From the NCBI RefSeq assembly GCF_018977255.1, contig NW_024704742.1:74712001-74776000 (forward strand): a stretch of 64,000 nucleotides of DNA, in the 5' to 3' direction. Source of the DNA: Callorhinchus milii. Lineage: Eukaryota. How positions within the stretch are numbered: position 1 is the first letter of the stretch; every line of letters begins with the position of its first letter. Shown here piece by piece: positions 1-13,740 of the stretch. Both the position numbers and the translations under genes were made by a program. The notes under the pieces were generated by a model. That model had not been told where the DNA came from. It did not search any database and saw only the letters and a list, made by a program, of their open reading frames with translations.

Positions 1-884
1 CAGGAAGAATAAGCTCTTGTATTGAGAACTTTTGTATTGCTTTTGTATAAGCTTTTGTATTGAGAGTCAGTAGGAGAGACGCCGTGACCTGAGATACTGA
101 CTAACAAATCTAGTCTCTTAGAGGATGTAAATCTAAATGTAATGTAAATCTATGAAGATGTCTGCAATCAGGACTGACTTGAAAGAGAGAGAGAGCACAA
201 CCTGACTGACTGGAGACACTGCGAGATCCAGTGACATAATAGTCCAGACCCTGCCATATAGACAAAGCTGAATTGTGGCATGTGATCAGCCTCACGAAAA
301 GAAATGGGTGTTTGTGTGTGGTTGCCTACACATGCAAAATATTTTTTTGTTCAGTAATGTATCTCCATTTCCATGAAGCTGAAATGATGTTTTGATCTTG
401 GGCTACACAGAATATCTCACTGATATGATGCTAACAAGTTCTGTAATAAGAAGGTGCGAAACATAATTCCGAGAAAGAACAAAAGGAAAAGAGTGATTAG
501 GATGAGAAATTATAAAACGAGCTAAAGATAAATCAAATGGCAGGGAATAGGGGAAGGCAAAAGCACTCTCTGAGGCAGAACTGAGAAAAGAGATTACTGA
601 AAATAATCGAAATGGCAAAATAGATTTAGGTATAAGCAGTATTTGTGCAAATACAGTAGTTGACAGTAGAGTGAGTAGGTTATAGATATGGTTTCTAGGT
701 GGGGACTTAACAACAATTTGCATTTATATAGTGCCCTTCACACAGGGTAGGTAGCAGCTCAGAGCTTAACTGGGGACTGACTATCACTAATAAAACTACT
801 TAGTGATTTGGATACTCTTGGTAATGTGCTGGGCTCCTGCATGTCTCAGACATCCAGCTGACAAAATATAATAACCCTTGTGGT

Positions 885-1266
885 TGATATCGTGCCTTTT
901 AAATTGGGAGGACAGTTCAAAGCACAGAATTTACTGTAAAGTGTGATCACTGTGTATTTTGTAGCCCTAACATATCAGATAGATTGCTTGTAGAAATGTT
1001 CCCTAAACAATCATGAAGTGAATGACCAATCTTATTTGGGGATTTGTTGGCCAGGACATCAGGAGAAACTCCTTTTTCTTTTTGAATAGTGCCATTAGAT
1101 CTATAACATCCTCCGGAACAGGTAGATGTTTCAACCAAAGGACAACACTTTCAACAATGAGGCAGATGCCCAGAAATTTATTGGAGTGTCAGCCTGGACT
1201 TTTTAAGAGTTCAAAGTCTTGACTTGCAATCTGTGACTCAGAGGCACGAGTGCTACTAATTGAGCC
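885..1266 (-). mobile_element. Old Deu-domain SINE (decayed)
   Basis: Reverse-complement similarity to 6711-7130 (ttggccaggaca..ggagaaactcc..gaatagtgcca..gatct; ends gactcagaggc..tgagcc). Confidence 0.6.
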
Positions 1267-3524
1267 GGGTTCCCAGAATTTCTGAAAACTCTTCCACTTT
1301 GGACAGGCTACATGAAGCAGGCCGATGTTTGCTCAACAGGGCAGAGGGGTCACAAGGTCATAGATATCAGGTGGAGTGAGGCCATAGAGGCATTTGAAAG
1401 AATAAGAATTTTGAATTGAGGTGTGGGCTGCAGGGTTCTGGTTGGCCTACAGCTTACGTGGAAGGAGTTGGGGAGTCTGGCAACTTCTGTATTTGAGAAG
1501 GCGATCCTAGTGATTGTCTCCATAGCCTGTGGAGAGAAAGAAGTGTTAGAGACGTGAGATGTTGTGGAGGTGAGGGAAAGCAGAAACAAAATGTAATTAA
1601 GTTTTGCCAAATGTAACACTACTTTATAGTATGCCTTGAATTCTTTGAAATCAGTCTCGAGTTCAACAGTATTGTTGGAGTTGCTGTTCTTTGGATGATG
1701 CGTCAAAGATCCTATGACACCTCACCTCTTGAAAAGAAAAGTTTTTTTTCTCTGATGCTGGCCAACGGAGAGTGCATCAGAATGTTAGTTATTTACCTCA
1801 TGCCTGTTTGTGGGACCTTGTTTGTAGGACTCAGCTATTGCATTTGCCTACAGCCGCTACACTTAGAAACAATTACATGTGAAGCATTCAGAAGTGTTTT
1901 GACAAAGTATTACAAAGATCCAAGTGCTCCTTGTCCTATGTTGCCCCCTTGACTGAGGTCTTTTACTTCTATGTCAAATTAGTATTGGGTGGCATAAGTG
2001 AATACATTACAGTGAAGGGACTAGCATTTATTAAACTAGACCTGGCAATATTATTGTTTGGTGATGTAAATCGATTATCAGAATTAAATAATTTGATTTA
2101 GCTATGTTTGTACATATATAATTTCACATATTCATTGTTCTAAGTTGTAAAATATGGATGAAACCAATTCCCGGCCAGTAAAGCTTTAGTAATCAATTAT
2201 ATAGACTTTTGAGAAATTGGATAATAACAGATAAGATAGACTTGATTCCCAAACTGCTGGGATGGGGAAGTGTTATGTATGGAATGCAGCAGACCTGCGG
2301 TGAAGAGTTGAAATGAGAAGGCACATAATTAATCTGCAATTTTTATTACTTTGGAGGTCAGGGAATATTTATTCATCATTTCCCCCATGAGATAAATGAT
2401 TTGCATAGGTTCTATGAATGGATAGATTGTGCAAATCTTGAGGAATAAGCTATCTTGGTGGATTAGAGCAATAGACTTCCCTTTCTTTGCTTTTTTACAT
2501 TATTGCATACAGCAGCCTTTTGTAGTTTTAATATGTGGACAATATATATATTCCTTAGAAACCTGTACAGCTGTTTTAGGTTAATATGGACACTTAAATC
2601 AATATAATTCTCTAGAAGATTTGCGAAATAGAACAACTCACGATGTAATAAAGTAAAAAAAAGGAGGGTTTAAAAAATTATGTGGAGTTCAATCTTAAAC
2701 TAAGTCTTTTAAAAATTACTTAATTTAATATTTTCAGGACCTATGTACATTTTTCTTTATATGGAATCACGATTTATAGTTCCTGCTATAGAACAGATTG
2801 AAATGGCGGAAACTTGGCTATATCGCTACTTTCATGACTAATTTAGTTTCATGGCATTAAAGAACACAGTACAAAGTTCCTATGCTGTGATATGAAACCT
2901 AAGAGCTTTTAGCAGAGACTGCAGAATGAGCCCTGTGCAATTTGCCTAGGCACACTTATATTTGGGTGTAAATTGCACTCCACAAGAGCAGGACTCCCAA
3001 TATGATTCATTTTGTCTGAGCCACCAGTTCTGTTGCTGGATTTGCAAATTGTTGACATAACTGTGACAATTCACTGAAAATGGTGCAGTATACATAATTC
3101 CATACAGTGTATACTGCATAAACCCTATGTCATAAAATAGAATTCAAGAACTAAACAGAGGCTTGGCAATATATTTTATATATAATTTTGATAAATTATG
3201 CACTAGCTGAAAGGGTGTATTTTTTAAAGTAAAACAAAGCCTATTATTGGGATAAAAGATAAAAAATTAAGATTAATTTTCAGTAGAATACATTTATATG
3301 GTGCCTTTCACATCGTGAGGATATCCCAATGTGCTTAATTTCATTATTGCAAGCTTTTAATTATTTGCTTTTGAGTTGTTTGAGATTTTTCAATAATTAG
3401 TGTTATATTCAGAGTATAGGGCAGATTTATTTTTGGTTGCACAGTGTCTGACTTGGGGAAAATCCATCACCGTGCTAAAAAGTGTCCAAACCAGTCTGAG
3501 GTCCACATATGTATAGAACAGCAA

Positions 3525-3655
3525 CCAATAAATTACACTTATATAGCGCCCTTCATGTCGGAAAGACGTTGGACAATCAGGTTTTGGACCAGAGCTGGGA
3601 GTTGGTGTCAGAAGGGGAGGAGGGCGTTGGGAGTGGGAAGGTGGCTGAAGGTACA
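3525..3655 (-). mobile_element. L2 LINE 3' end fragment
   Basis: Reverse complement of the L2 3' UTR/tail seen at 5280-5410. Confidence 0.7.
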
Positions 3656-3659
3656 TTAG

Positions 3660-5410
3660 AACAAGTTGTTGCTTCTCAACTTCGCTCCTTCCTCTCCCGC
3701 CACTTCCTTCATGAACCCCCTCTAGTCGGGTTTCCGTGCCGCCCTCAGCATAGAAACAGCCCTGGTCAAAGTGACAAATGACATTCTGTCCATCTGTGAC
3801 CAGGGCTCCCTCTGCCTCCTGGTTCTCCTTCACTGTTCTGCTGCCTTCGACACCGTCGATCACTCTATCCTCATCCACGGCCTCTCCTCTCACCTCAAGC
3901 TTCACGGCTCTGTCCTTGACTGGTTCAGATCATACCTCTCACATCGCCTCCACTTCATCTCCACAAATGGTTTCTCCTCTAGCTCACGCAGCGTCTCATG
4001 CTGCGTTCCTCAGGGCTCTGTCCTTGGTCCCCTCCTCTTCAATATCTATATGCTCTCTCTTGGTGACATCATCCGCAGACATGGGGTCAACTTCCACATA
4101 TATGCAGATGACGCCCAACTGTACCTCTCTGTCTCCACCCTTGGCTCCAGGACCACTGACAGAATGTCTGTCAGGCATCAAGACCTGGTTGAGAGCTAAT
4201 TTTCTTCGGTTGAACGTCAACAAGACCGAGGCCCTCCTAATTGGCTCCACACCTCAGGCACTGACAGCATCACCATCCATAATAATAATAATAATCCTTG
4301 CATTTGATATAGCGCTTTTCACGTCGGGAGGACGTCCCAAAGCGCTTCACAGAACACACTGTAAAGTGAATTGACTGTATATTTGTGGGCGAACGCGGCA
4401 GCCAATTGCGCTCAGCAATGTCCCACAAACAGTCGTAGATTGAAAATGACCAATTTAATTATTGTTTTTGGTTTTTGGAGGGATTATTATTAGGCTCTGT
4501 GTGGAGTAAGGAAACTTGCCCAAGGTTTCGCGCTGACCTGCCTGGAATTGAACTCGGGTCTCTCGCTTGCAAAGCGAGTGCTCTAACCACTGAGCTACAG
4601 GACTCCACATGGTTGCACCCTCCACTTTACTAAGCCAATCCGTAACCTTGGGGTCTTGTTTGACCCACAACTATCCTTTCCAATCCACAGCTGTGCCATG
4701 ATCCGCTCTGCCTTCCCCCACCTCTGCAACATCGCCCGGCTCTGCCACTGTCTCACTCCGCAGGCCACCAAAACCCTCCTACCTGCTTTCATTACATCAA
4801 CAAGAACAACAACAACTTGGATTTATATAATGCCCTCCACGCCGGAAGGCGTCTCAGAGCTCAAGGCGTGACTATGCAAACTCTCTGCATGTCGGCCTCC
4901 CCAACTCCTCCCTCCATAGACTGCAGATCATCCAGAACTCTACAGCCTGTGTCCTCTCCCGCACCAGGCTCTGTGATCCTATTACCCCCATCCTCGCCCG
5001 ACTCCACTGGCTTCCCATCACACAGAGGATACAGTGCAAGTTCCTGGTCCTCATCTTCAAAGCCCTCCATGGTCTTGCTACCTCTGCGACCCTAACACCC
5101 TATCATCCTGCTCGCTCCCTCCGCTCAGCGGGCTCCAGCCTGCTTTACGTTCCCCTCCTCGCTCGCCCCACTATTGGCGAGCGGGCCTTCTGCCACTCTG
5201 CCCCCACCCTCTGGAACTCTACCCCGGAGTCCCTCCGCCTCACACCCTCCCTTGCCTCCTTCAATCTCAAGACCCACCTCTTTGACCGTGCTTTTGGTCT
5301 CCCTGCTTCCCCCCACACTTCACCCTCCCCGATCCCGTCTCCCAGCTCGGGTCGAAACTCTGTCCAGCACCTTGGGACGTCCTGCCAACGTGAAAGGCGC
5401 TATACAAATG
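3660..5410 (+). mobile_element. 5'-truncated L2 LINE (RT domain to 3' tail), interrupted by a SINE (4281-4608) and a tail fragment (~4798-4862)
   Basis: Translation gives [35 protein letters not shown]; frameshifted; ends in gggacgtcctgccaacgtgaaaggcgctatacaaatg. Confidence 0.92.
4281..4608 (-). mobile_element. Young tRNA-Ala-derived SINE (short form) nested in L2
   Basis: Head ggagtcctgtagctcagtggttagagc (A box), TGC anticodon-like arm, gagttcaattcc (B box), L2-type tail and (TTA)n; host L2 resumes seamlessly. Confidence 0.9.
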
Positions 5411-6710
5411 CGCATTCCATTAAATATCTGGGAAATTTCCATGTATAGATGGGATGCATTGAAATCAGTTTGATTTGCATACATGCATGGTGATGGGTTT
5501 CAATGTATGTCAAGATACCTGGCTAACCCCCAAAAATACCAGTTAGTATCCAAAATGTTGAATATCCAGTATGAAAACTAAACATTAGACATTCTGCGCT
5601 CCATGCAGAAAATTCCAGTCAATTTATTCTGCCTAACTGCAAGTAATGGTAATTAACTGCAAGATCTGAGCAATTTGTAATTTGGAGGTGTTAAGGTTAC
5701 CAACTTACTGGCAAATTGTGTCTGTGTATTTTTTGGGGGGGGGTGTGGGGGGCAATATATAGAATAGGAGAAAGGTTTACTTTTGCCAAAATTTGTTTTG
5801 CTCTATTAATGAACATGATAATCTCAAAGTAGCTATAATACAAAATTCTGTTTTAAAACTATTTGTTTTACTACTCTGAAGGTGATCAGTTGAAAACAAT
5901 AAAAATGAAGGGTGGAGAAGAATTGTACTGAATTTAAAAATAAAAATTAGAAAATTGTCAGGAGTATGTCTTCAGATCTCAACCCCAGCTGTTTTTTTAA
6001 AAGGCCTATTTCCTCCAGAGAAGTTTCATGCTAAATTTGCAACCACTGCACAACTGGGGGAAAAAAAGCTTTGCTTCTGTTTCTAGAACTTTTTTTTCCA
6101 TTCAATCACTGTACAATGGCCAATTGCAGTCACTGAACTATCAATATGAAGGCCTGGGAACCAACATTTTGGGCTATATTTGAGGGGCCTAGTAAGGGTT
6201 GCTGTTACAATTCAAAAATTTGTTCAGAACTTTCATCATATTAAGGCATATAATTTAAATAAGCAGGATCTCATGCTAGCGGTAGCGTAAATATCTTTTA
6301 GAAGATGGACCATGGTATTTGTAAAATGGTATTACAAGCTGCTGTCACTGGACTTTTCTAATCAAATAGGTTTATTTGTACAATGGAGCAATTAAATAAA
6401 CCCAGATGTAGTACACAGAGAATAATGAACTATGGACGAGGAAAGAAAGATTCAAAATTAAAAGCTTCAGCTTATTCAAAGCATGGAATTTTAAGTGTAC
6501 AGTTTCTTGAAAGTGGATCAAAATGCAGGACTCATTCTATTTATGTCTCAAGTTTAGGAGCCACGTGAATTTTTTCCTAAAGATACAAACTGATGAATGG
6601 TTCTTTTACATCAGGCATTTGCTTGTGGAGTGCTATCCACTGAGCCTGGCTAGTTTAATCATGCTGTAAATTTTGCATTGCTGTGGCAGGAGTTGGTTTG
6701 ATGGGGAGAA

Positions 6711-7130
6711 TGTCTCAGTTGGTAGAAATCCAGTCACTGAGTCAGAACCTTGTGGGTTCAAGCCCCACGTTTGGACTTTGAATTCACGATCTAGGCTGTC
6801 ACTCCAATGCAATGCTTGGGAAGTATTACATTGTTGGAGGAGCTGTCTTTTGGGTGAAACATTAAACCGAGGTCCTGTCTTCCTGTTCAGGTGGTTGTTA
6901 AAGATCCTATGGTACTATTTGAAAAGAGGAGAGAGTTTCTCCTATTGTTTGGTCAACAGTCCCACAGATAAAGTTGGTCATTCACTTCAAAGCTTTCGGG
7001 ATATTACCGCATACAAATTGGCTGCATGTTCCCCTACAAAATACAGTCACTACACTTTACAATATATCTTGTGATGAGCTTTGAGATGTCATCCTAACTT
7101 GAAAGGTGCTTCAGAGGATGATTATTATTA
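6711..7130 (+). mobile_element. Old tRNA-headed Deu-domain SINE, near full length
   Basis: tRNA-like head (gggttcaagccc), Deu-like core ttaaaccgaggtcctgtct..caggtgg..aaagatcctatgg.actattt, L2-like tail. Confidence 0.75.
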
Positions 7131-7980
7131 TATAAGTAAGCAAATATAAGAAGCAAATGTTGGCCTTTTCAATACAATACAGTAAAGTACACTCTTGGCA
7201 GTTGACCTGCTGATTATATTGGTTTGGCAACCACCAAATGATGAGACTGCATTATTGTGGATTCTAGGCTTTCTCCAGTTGCTCCCTGGAAGCAGTATTC
7301 AAAATGAATTAATTCCTGGTTTCAGAAGTACCCAGCTTGACTGATTAGGAATAATTGGAGGCTACAATTCCAGTTTTGTTGGAGGTAATGAATTCAGTTT
7401 AATGGTCCACTGGAGGGATATCATTACTTAGTTGGGAGACTGAAAAGCATTGCTACCATTAGCATTTTTAAGATGGGCAAATTGTGGTGACCATCCAATT
7501 GTTTCATCCAGGAAACACCATTCTTAGCTATTTTAGCAACTGAAGGGAACAATTTGTTTGTTTGGGAACCGAAGAGTAGGCTCTGGTCTAACAGACCAGG
7601 GCGTGATTTTATTTAGTATTATCTCTCCCCAAATCAGTGCTTTACAATTTCTTACTCTTAATCCTACTGATTTATAAATTTACAGTACAATGCAAATTCA
7701 CATTTCTGCTTGTCAAGACAACAGACCAAGAAAATCTCAAAGGAGTTCAAAATATCACTTCAAGTCAAGCAATAAAACTACAGCTTAAAGAATTTTCAAC
7801 AACATTAAAATGACTACTTCCAATTACCTTCAGAAGGTGCTGATATTTTATTACATAGTAAAGATTGTCCCCTAAATAGCTGTAGTTTGGTCTTATACAA
7901 TTTTTGTTCACAAAATGTTTCAGTAATTGGTGCATCAATGCCTTATCTATTATTGGGGGGATTGTTTGTCACTGTCTGCT

Positions 7981-8200
7981 GCGGCAGGAGCTGGTGGTTG
8001 TTTGCTAAAGACGTGGTAGGTAAGAGCCGCGCTCGCCTTCCTGACAGACTGCAATAAAGGGTCTGGGTGCTGAGCCTCCCAACCACCAGCTCCTGCTGCT
8101 ACCCTGGGAAAACATTCACCAGGGAGGGAGGGAAGTTAGAATGATGGAAATGATCGCGGGCCGCATAAAATCACCCGCCCGGCTGTCACCTGGACCACGC
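7981..8200. mobile_element. GC-rich hairpin-containing element, possible hAT/MITE remnant
   Basis: 20-bp inverted repeat 7981-8000 / 8080-8099 plus a gcgggccgcataaaat motif typical of hAT-Charlie subterminal regions. Confidence 0.4.
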
Positions 8201-9600
8201 TTATGTATACATTTGAATTCCCTTTTTAAATAGATTTCAAAACATCCATTAATTAACTCCTTTGATACTCAGTTTGTGAGCTTTGCTGATCTTTCTGATT
8301 CTTTGAGGGTCAGTTGCATCTTTGCTTAGTTTCATTCATTTTTATGTGTTCTTTGATATTTGAGATACAAGGACACCTTGTTTTTATTAATGCTCTGCCT
8401 CATTCTAATGATATTTGCTGTAGATAGTCTGTATAGAGAGTTTGTGTTAAAATTAATCGCTTTGCTTTTAAGCGGTCCAGGGACTAAAAGTATAATTCCA
8501 AGTGTACTGCCCTGAAATACAGTCTGACATGGGTGAATGTTGCAACAAAATTATTGGGAGGAGGTATAGAGAGATGCATTGAAAAGGGTTACATGGGCCC
8601 TAGAGCGGAAACCCAGTGATACATTGGAAGGGGAGGAGTTTAAAAAATGCGTAAAAGGAGGGCTCATTAAACTCTGGGTCGCTCTTCATCTTTAGTGTCA
8701 TCAAGGAGGTACATGCCTGACCTGGGAGGTTACCACCAGGTCAAGATTGTTTTTCTTTGTCTACTAACTTTAGATAACGCTGCTAGTGTCATAGTTATGG
8801 TGTCAGGGTTTTTCTATTTCTTAACCTTGCAACTGTTTATTGTATTATTGGACAGTATATATGAGGCATAGGTTTGTTAGGTCCAACAAAATACTGTTAT
8901 GTTTTCTAAAAAGTGCTTCTCGAGTCTCTTAAATTCTGGAGAACAAGCAGATTAATGCGGAAGTCAGTTGTCTGGCAATGCGAAGGACACTGATTGATGC
9001 ATCTCATTGTTACGCTGTAAGGCATTGATTGGGACGTTGTGTTGATTCTCGTATAGTGAAATTTCACATAGAGAGGGAACTTGCATGTCACAGAGAAGCC
9101 ACTTAGTACGCCGTGCGCTTTACAACTGTGAAATTGTAATGAAATTGTAGTGAAATTGTAGAAAAATCTTTTATACCCAGAAATAATTTTATGTCTTTTT
9201 AAATCAAACATTAGCTGAAACATTAAAAAAAACAAGTTTGGGAAAACTCAGACTTGGCAATGCCAACTGCATCCTTATCTGGCTGGACATTCCATAGAAG
9301 CAGAGAAGCAGTAACAAGCAGTAACTTCTGCAACTTTGAAATGAATAAGACATTGTCTGACACAAACACCATCTGGAGATAAGCTTATGCCTCTAACGTC
9401 CCTGAATCCTCCCCTAACCTGAGCTCCCTTCCCTCATTATTTCTTACTCTGTGCAAGAGTTCATTCTTTTGACTGTCTTAGAGACTGTTGACTGCTCTTG
9501 AATCACCTCTTGCAATTGCAATAAATCTTACTTTGGATATATCCACGGTGTATGGTCTGTTTGTAAGACGATGGTTGGGACGAACGGGGAAAAAGTTACA

Positions 9601-9775
9601 ACTCAACACAACAACAACAAGATTTCATTTATAGAGCGCCTTTCACGTCGGGAGGACGTCCCAAGGCGCTGGTCAGTTGGGTCTGGACCCGAGCAGTGGG
9701 GAAATGGTCAGGGTGAGGGGAGGGAAGGGAGGGAGCGAGGAGGGGTAGAGAGTCGAGAGGGGAGCTGAAGGTACA
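9601..9775 (-). mobile_element. Young L2 3' end fragment
   Basis: (CAA)n tail, stem-loop and purine-rich 3' UTR; nearly identical to 63222-63418. Confidence 0.88.
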
Positions 9776-10136
9776 CATTTAGGGGTGAGAACCTTTGCAG
9801 AACCAAATTAATCATTTATAAGATTAAAAGTAGCAGTTTTTCAATTCATGGATCTGAATTGAAATAGTCTGAATTTATTATCTGAGCAAGCTGACTGAAT
9901 ACATTTCCTTATTTTAGTACTAATAATCTATTTAAACTTGGAAGCTGCTTCTGGACTTTAGAGAAAAATGTACTTGTATATTTTAAATGTTTATTGAATA
10001 CCCCATTCAGTGTACCATTGTTAACTGTATTACATATAACCCAAGACCCTTAAAATAGCTGAAAGTTAATTGTCTAACAATTGAGATTGAATTTAAGAAC
10101 TTGACTTTTAAAGTAAAAAATTGTTTTATTTTGCAG

Positions 10137-10361
10137 GCTTTGGCCGAAAGGATGTTGTGGAACATCTCTTACAAAATGGTGCAAATGTTCATGCACGTGA
10201 TGATGGAGGATTAATTCCACTGCACAATGCTTGCTCATTTGGACACGCCGAGGTGGTCAGTTTGTTGCTGTGTCATGGGGCAGATTCAAATGCCAGGGAT
10301 AATTGGAATTATACTCCTCTCCACGAGGCAGCAATCAAAGGAAAGATTGATGTTTGCATTG
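10137..10361 (+). CDS. TNKS: TNKS exon 2 (225 nt): [18 protein letters not shown]...[11 protein letters not shown] (ARC1)
   Basis: ttgcag| acceptor, |gtaagt donor, phase 1-1, ankyrin TPLH motifs. Confidence 0.97.
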
Positions 10362-11866
10362 GTAAGTAACTTACATTGTTTGAAAAATTCCTAACAAGAA
10401 TTCAGACCGAAGATATTTTTGAGCAGTAGTCAAGCAGAGTGATATTTCAGAATTCAGAGATTGAAACTTTAGGGAAAATATCTTAGAGAAACCATGTTCT
10501 CCCATTATAAATATTCTTACTTGGTAGCAGATCTCTAAATCAGATGTCTGCCTGCCTAAAGAGCAAGTGAATTTGATGGTCAAGCTGTACTAGCTGGGTG
10601 CACAGCACTGTTAAACTTTTTATGCCTTTGGTTTGGGCTTCAGGATGGCACAAAATGCTGTCTCCTATGCAGATAAAATTAAACCACTATGACACAGCTC
10701 GCATTGAGTGTTGTGAATAGACAGACACCCAATCTCCTGGTGTACTTGGTACTTTCTAGCTGGGCCCAATGGATTAAGAGTGTGAGCAAGGACTCTACTG
10801 CGTTGCTTGTAATGCCTAATTAAGATAACCATAGTTTAGTGTGAACTTTTTATAATTGCAACTGGATACAGTTCATGCTATTTGGGACCAGCATGGATAA
10901 ATAGTGTGGATAATTGGCCATCACACACTACAAATTGGCTTTTAAAAAAAGTTTAATCATTACTAGTATCCCACACTGTGCCAGGCCTTATTTTGCTCTG
11001 TCTCTTTCTTTCCCTTTTTCTCTTTTGGATCATCTGTCTTTATGACTATGTGTGCATGTGCATGCATCTGTGCATCTACCTGCTTGTTTCTTGAGTCACT
11101 CTTTGTGTCTCAGTCTCTGAGAGTCTTTCGAAATTCCTATCTCGTTATCTCCACAATATCTCTATCTCTAACCCAAAACAACACTATTAAAAATTCTGAA
11201 GCCTCATCTTCTTGACTGGTAAGAAAACCACGTTTGCTGGTTATATGTAAAGTTGGGTACAAGTTTGTGATTTTGTTGAGAGTAATGTTGAGTTTGAGCC
11301 GGCAATCTTACAACACTTTACAATCCTACAATACTTTTGCTGGATATGCAGACCACAACTTATGGAAGCCTGGTGTTCTGTTCACTCTGGTTTATCACAT
11401 TCCTGTTGGTTCACAGCATATTGCAACATGTTATGTTGAAGCTCCTACCCCAAAATTTTAAAACGTTGCTTCTTGCTTTATCATAGCTACCTATATGCAT
11501 GCCGACTTTCTATATCAGGCTGTGATGAGGAGTAAAGTCAAACTCAATGTAAAAAAATATATAGTTTAGTTGCGCTCGCTCCATCAAAATCACATCATTG
11601 GAATTTAATGGCGTGGAAACCAACAGCACAAGGTTGAGAGGTCTGATCAGGCAGATAAGTACAAGAGATAAGTACACACACACTTGTTTTTTTTTCTGTA
11701 CTGGCTTATGTTATTCACAGCAAATGAGGAACAATATTACCTAATTTTTTTTGGTTTCCATTTTTAATTATTGGGTTTAATTTAACCGTAAAACATAAAA
11801 GCCACCCACAACTATGTTCTTTGCACTCTTTGAAACTACTTGGAGCATCCTGGTTTTATTTGTTGC

Positions 11867-12174
11867 ATAATAATAATCCTTGCATTTCATATAGCGTTTT
11901 TCACGTCTTCTAGACGTCTCAAAGCGCTTCACAGAATATGCTGTAAGTGAATTGACCGTATATTTGTGAGTGAAACGCCGCAGCCAATTGCACACAGCAG
12001 TGTCCCACAAACAGTCGTGGATCGAAAATGACCAATTTATTATTGTTTTGGAGGGATTATTATCAGGCGTGTGGAGTAAGGAAACTTGCCCAAGGTTTTG
12101 CCCTGCCTGGAATTGAATCCAGGTGTCTCGCTTGCAAGGCGAGTGCTCTAACCACTGAGCCACAGGACTCCACA
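11867..12174 (-). mobile_element. tRNA-Ala SINE (short form)
   Basis: Full-length match to 4281-4608. Confidence 0.9.
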
Positions 12175-12870
12175 TCAACTATTGTGGACTTCCAAAATAA
12201 TTGAGTGGAATAATGGAGAGAACATTATTCTAGGTGGTAAGGTAGCACTGATGCTGATTTTATTTTACCACTTTCAATTTGGAAACTGTATCTGGAGGCA
12301 AATGCTAATATAAAAATGATGAATTTCCAGACTCCAAATTGGGCTCTGAGTCAGATCAGCTGTTGAACTTCAAAGGGTCTGGAAGATATGCTGTTGACTT
12401 TTGCAGGCTTTTTTTTGTAACCCTCAATCTGATCTCTGGTTTTAAAAAAAAGTAATCTGTATCTTGTTTGCTTGAAGAAAGTGGACAACTTGGTCATTTG
12501 ATGCTCATCTGATTTGTCATATTTTTCTCCCAGGTGTTCTCAGTCTGTTAGAGTGATGATGAATAGAGGTTGGACATGTATGTGCTAAATGTATTGAAAT
12601 GTTTGTAGGAGCAACTTGATGGTGAAGTATATTTGGAGGAGATACAGGACAACCTCATAATGTGGTTCCCTGGGTACATTTTCTCAGAGCTGCATTATGA
12701 GTGAAGTGCGACAGTATGTCTGACTTCCAGGACATCAGGTGGTTGCTAATATCACTTCCTGCATACTGGAAAAATGGTGCCACTGATCACTTCCTTTGTG
12801 ACATGATACCAATGACAAGGAGATGGTGTCAGCCAAGCTTTAGTGCGTGAAGGTGGCTTGTCAGCGCAGA

Positions 12871-12936
12871 AACAATAACAACAAAATTACGTTTATAGAG
12901 CGCCTTTCACATCGGGAGGACGTCGCAAAGCGCTGG
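12871..12936 (-). mobile_element. L2 tail-only insertion
   Basis: Stem-loop plus CAA tail only. Confidence 0.75.
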
Positions 12937-13485
12937 GTGCACTTGTCTACAGTATGCCAAGCAGCGCTTTAAAAGATGCTTGTTAGTTTCAAAATCTATG
13001 TTTGACACTATTGAGCTCCACATTTAGCCTTTAAACACTGGATCTGCTAGCAATTTAAATCTATTGTCTATTTGCACAGCTGCACAGTGATTCATTGTTG
13101 TCACCTAAAGGTTCAATGATTTGATATGTTTGTTGGACCTAAATAAAACTGAATTACTAAACCTTTGGAAATTCAAGATGCCGTATGTGATTGACTGAAC
13201 GTTCAATGGCTTTACATGAAGCACTAATTTAAATCCCTCGAGTGCTTTGTAACTAATTCACTCATGACTGAAAATCGTTTCTTGGGGGAAGACATTTACT
13301 GGCTTGTTTTTTAGAGTGCTTTGCTTGCTGAGAAGATTATGTAGTGCAGCTTATGCTTTGGGGGAAACTGGTAGGAGTCTTGCTATTTAAAAAAATATTG
13401 TTAAAAAGGTTTAAATGAACATCCTTCTAGATACTAACAAAAATATATCACAATAGTGTTTGTTCAGAACAAGGGGAGTAGTTTG

Positions 13486-13554
13486 AAACTTTCAGCGCCT
13501 TGGGACGTCCTCCCGACGTGAAAGGCGCTCTATAAATTTAATTTTGTTGTTGTT
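13486..13554 (+). mobile_element. L2 tail-only insertion with probable TSD gtagtttg
   Basis: cagcgccttgggacgtcctcccgacgtgaaaggcgctctataaat(ttg)n flanked by gtagtttg at 13478-13485 and 13555-13562. Confidence 0.8.
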
Positions 13555-13740
13555 GTAGTTTGTAATTGAGCCCATCAATGTGAGGGTTTACAGTAGTTTG
13601 AATTCACTATATGCACAGCACAACCATTCTGAGTTAACGATAGTGTGGACTGGTATTGGTTTCAACTCCTTTACATTTCTATAGTCTAACCAATCCAAAT
13701 GAATACTGCCTACCATTAAGATTCACTTTTAATAGATTTG

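Noticed and set aside
3390..5473. Many overlapping ORFs of 60-200 aa
   Set aside because: Sense and antisense readings of a frameshifted L2 RT; not host genes.
10580..10940. Possible LF-SINE or other ancient repeat after exon 2
   Set aside because: Only vague resemblance; could not be aligned convincingly by eye.
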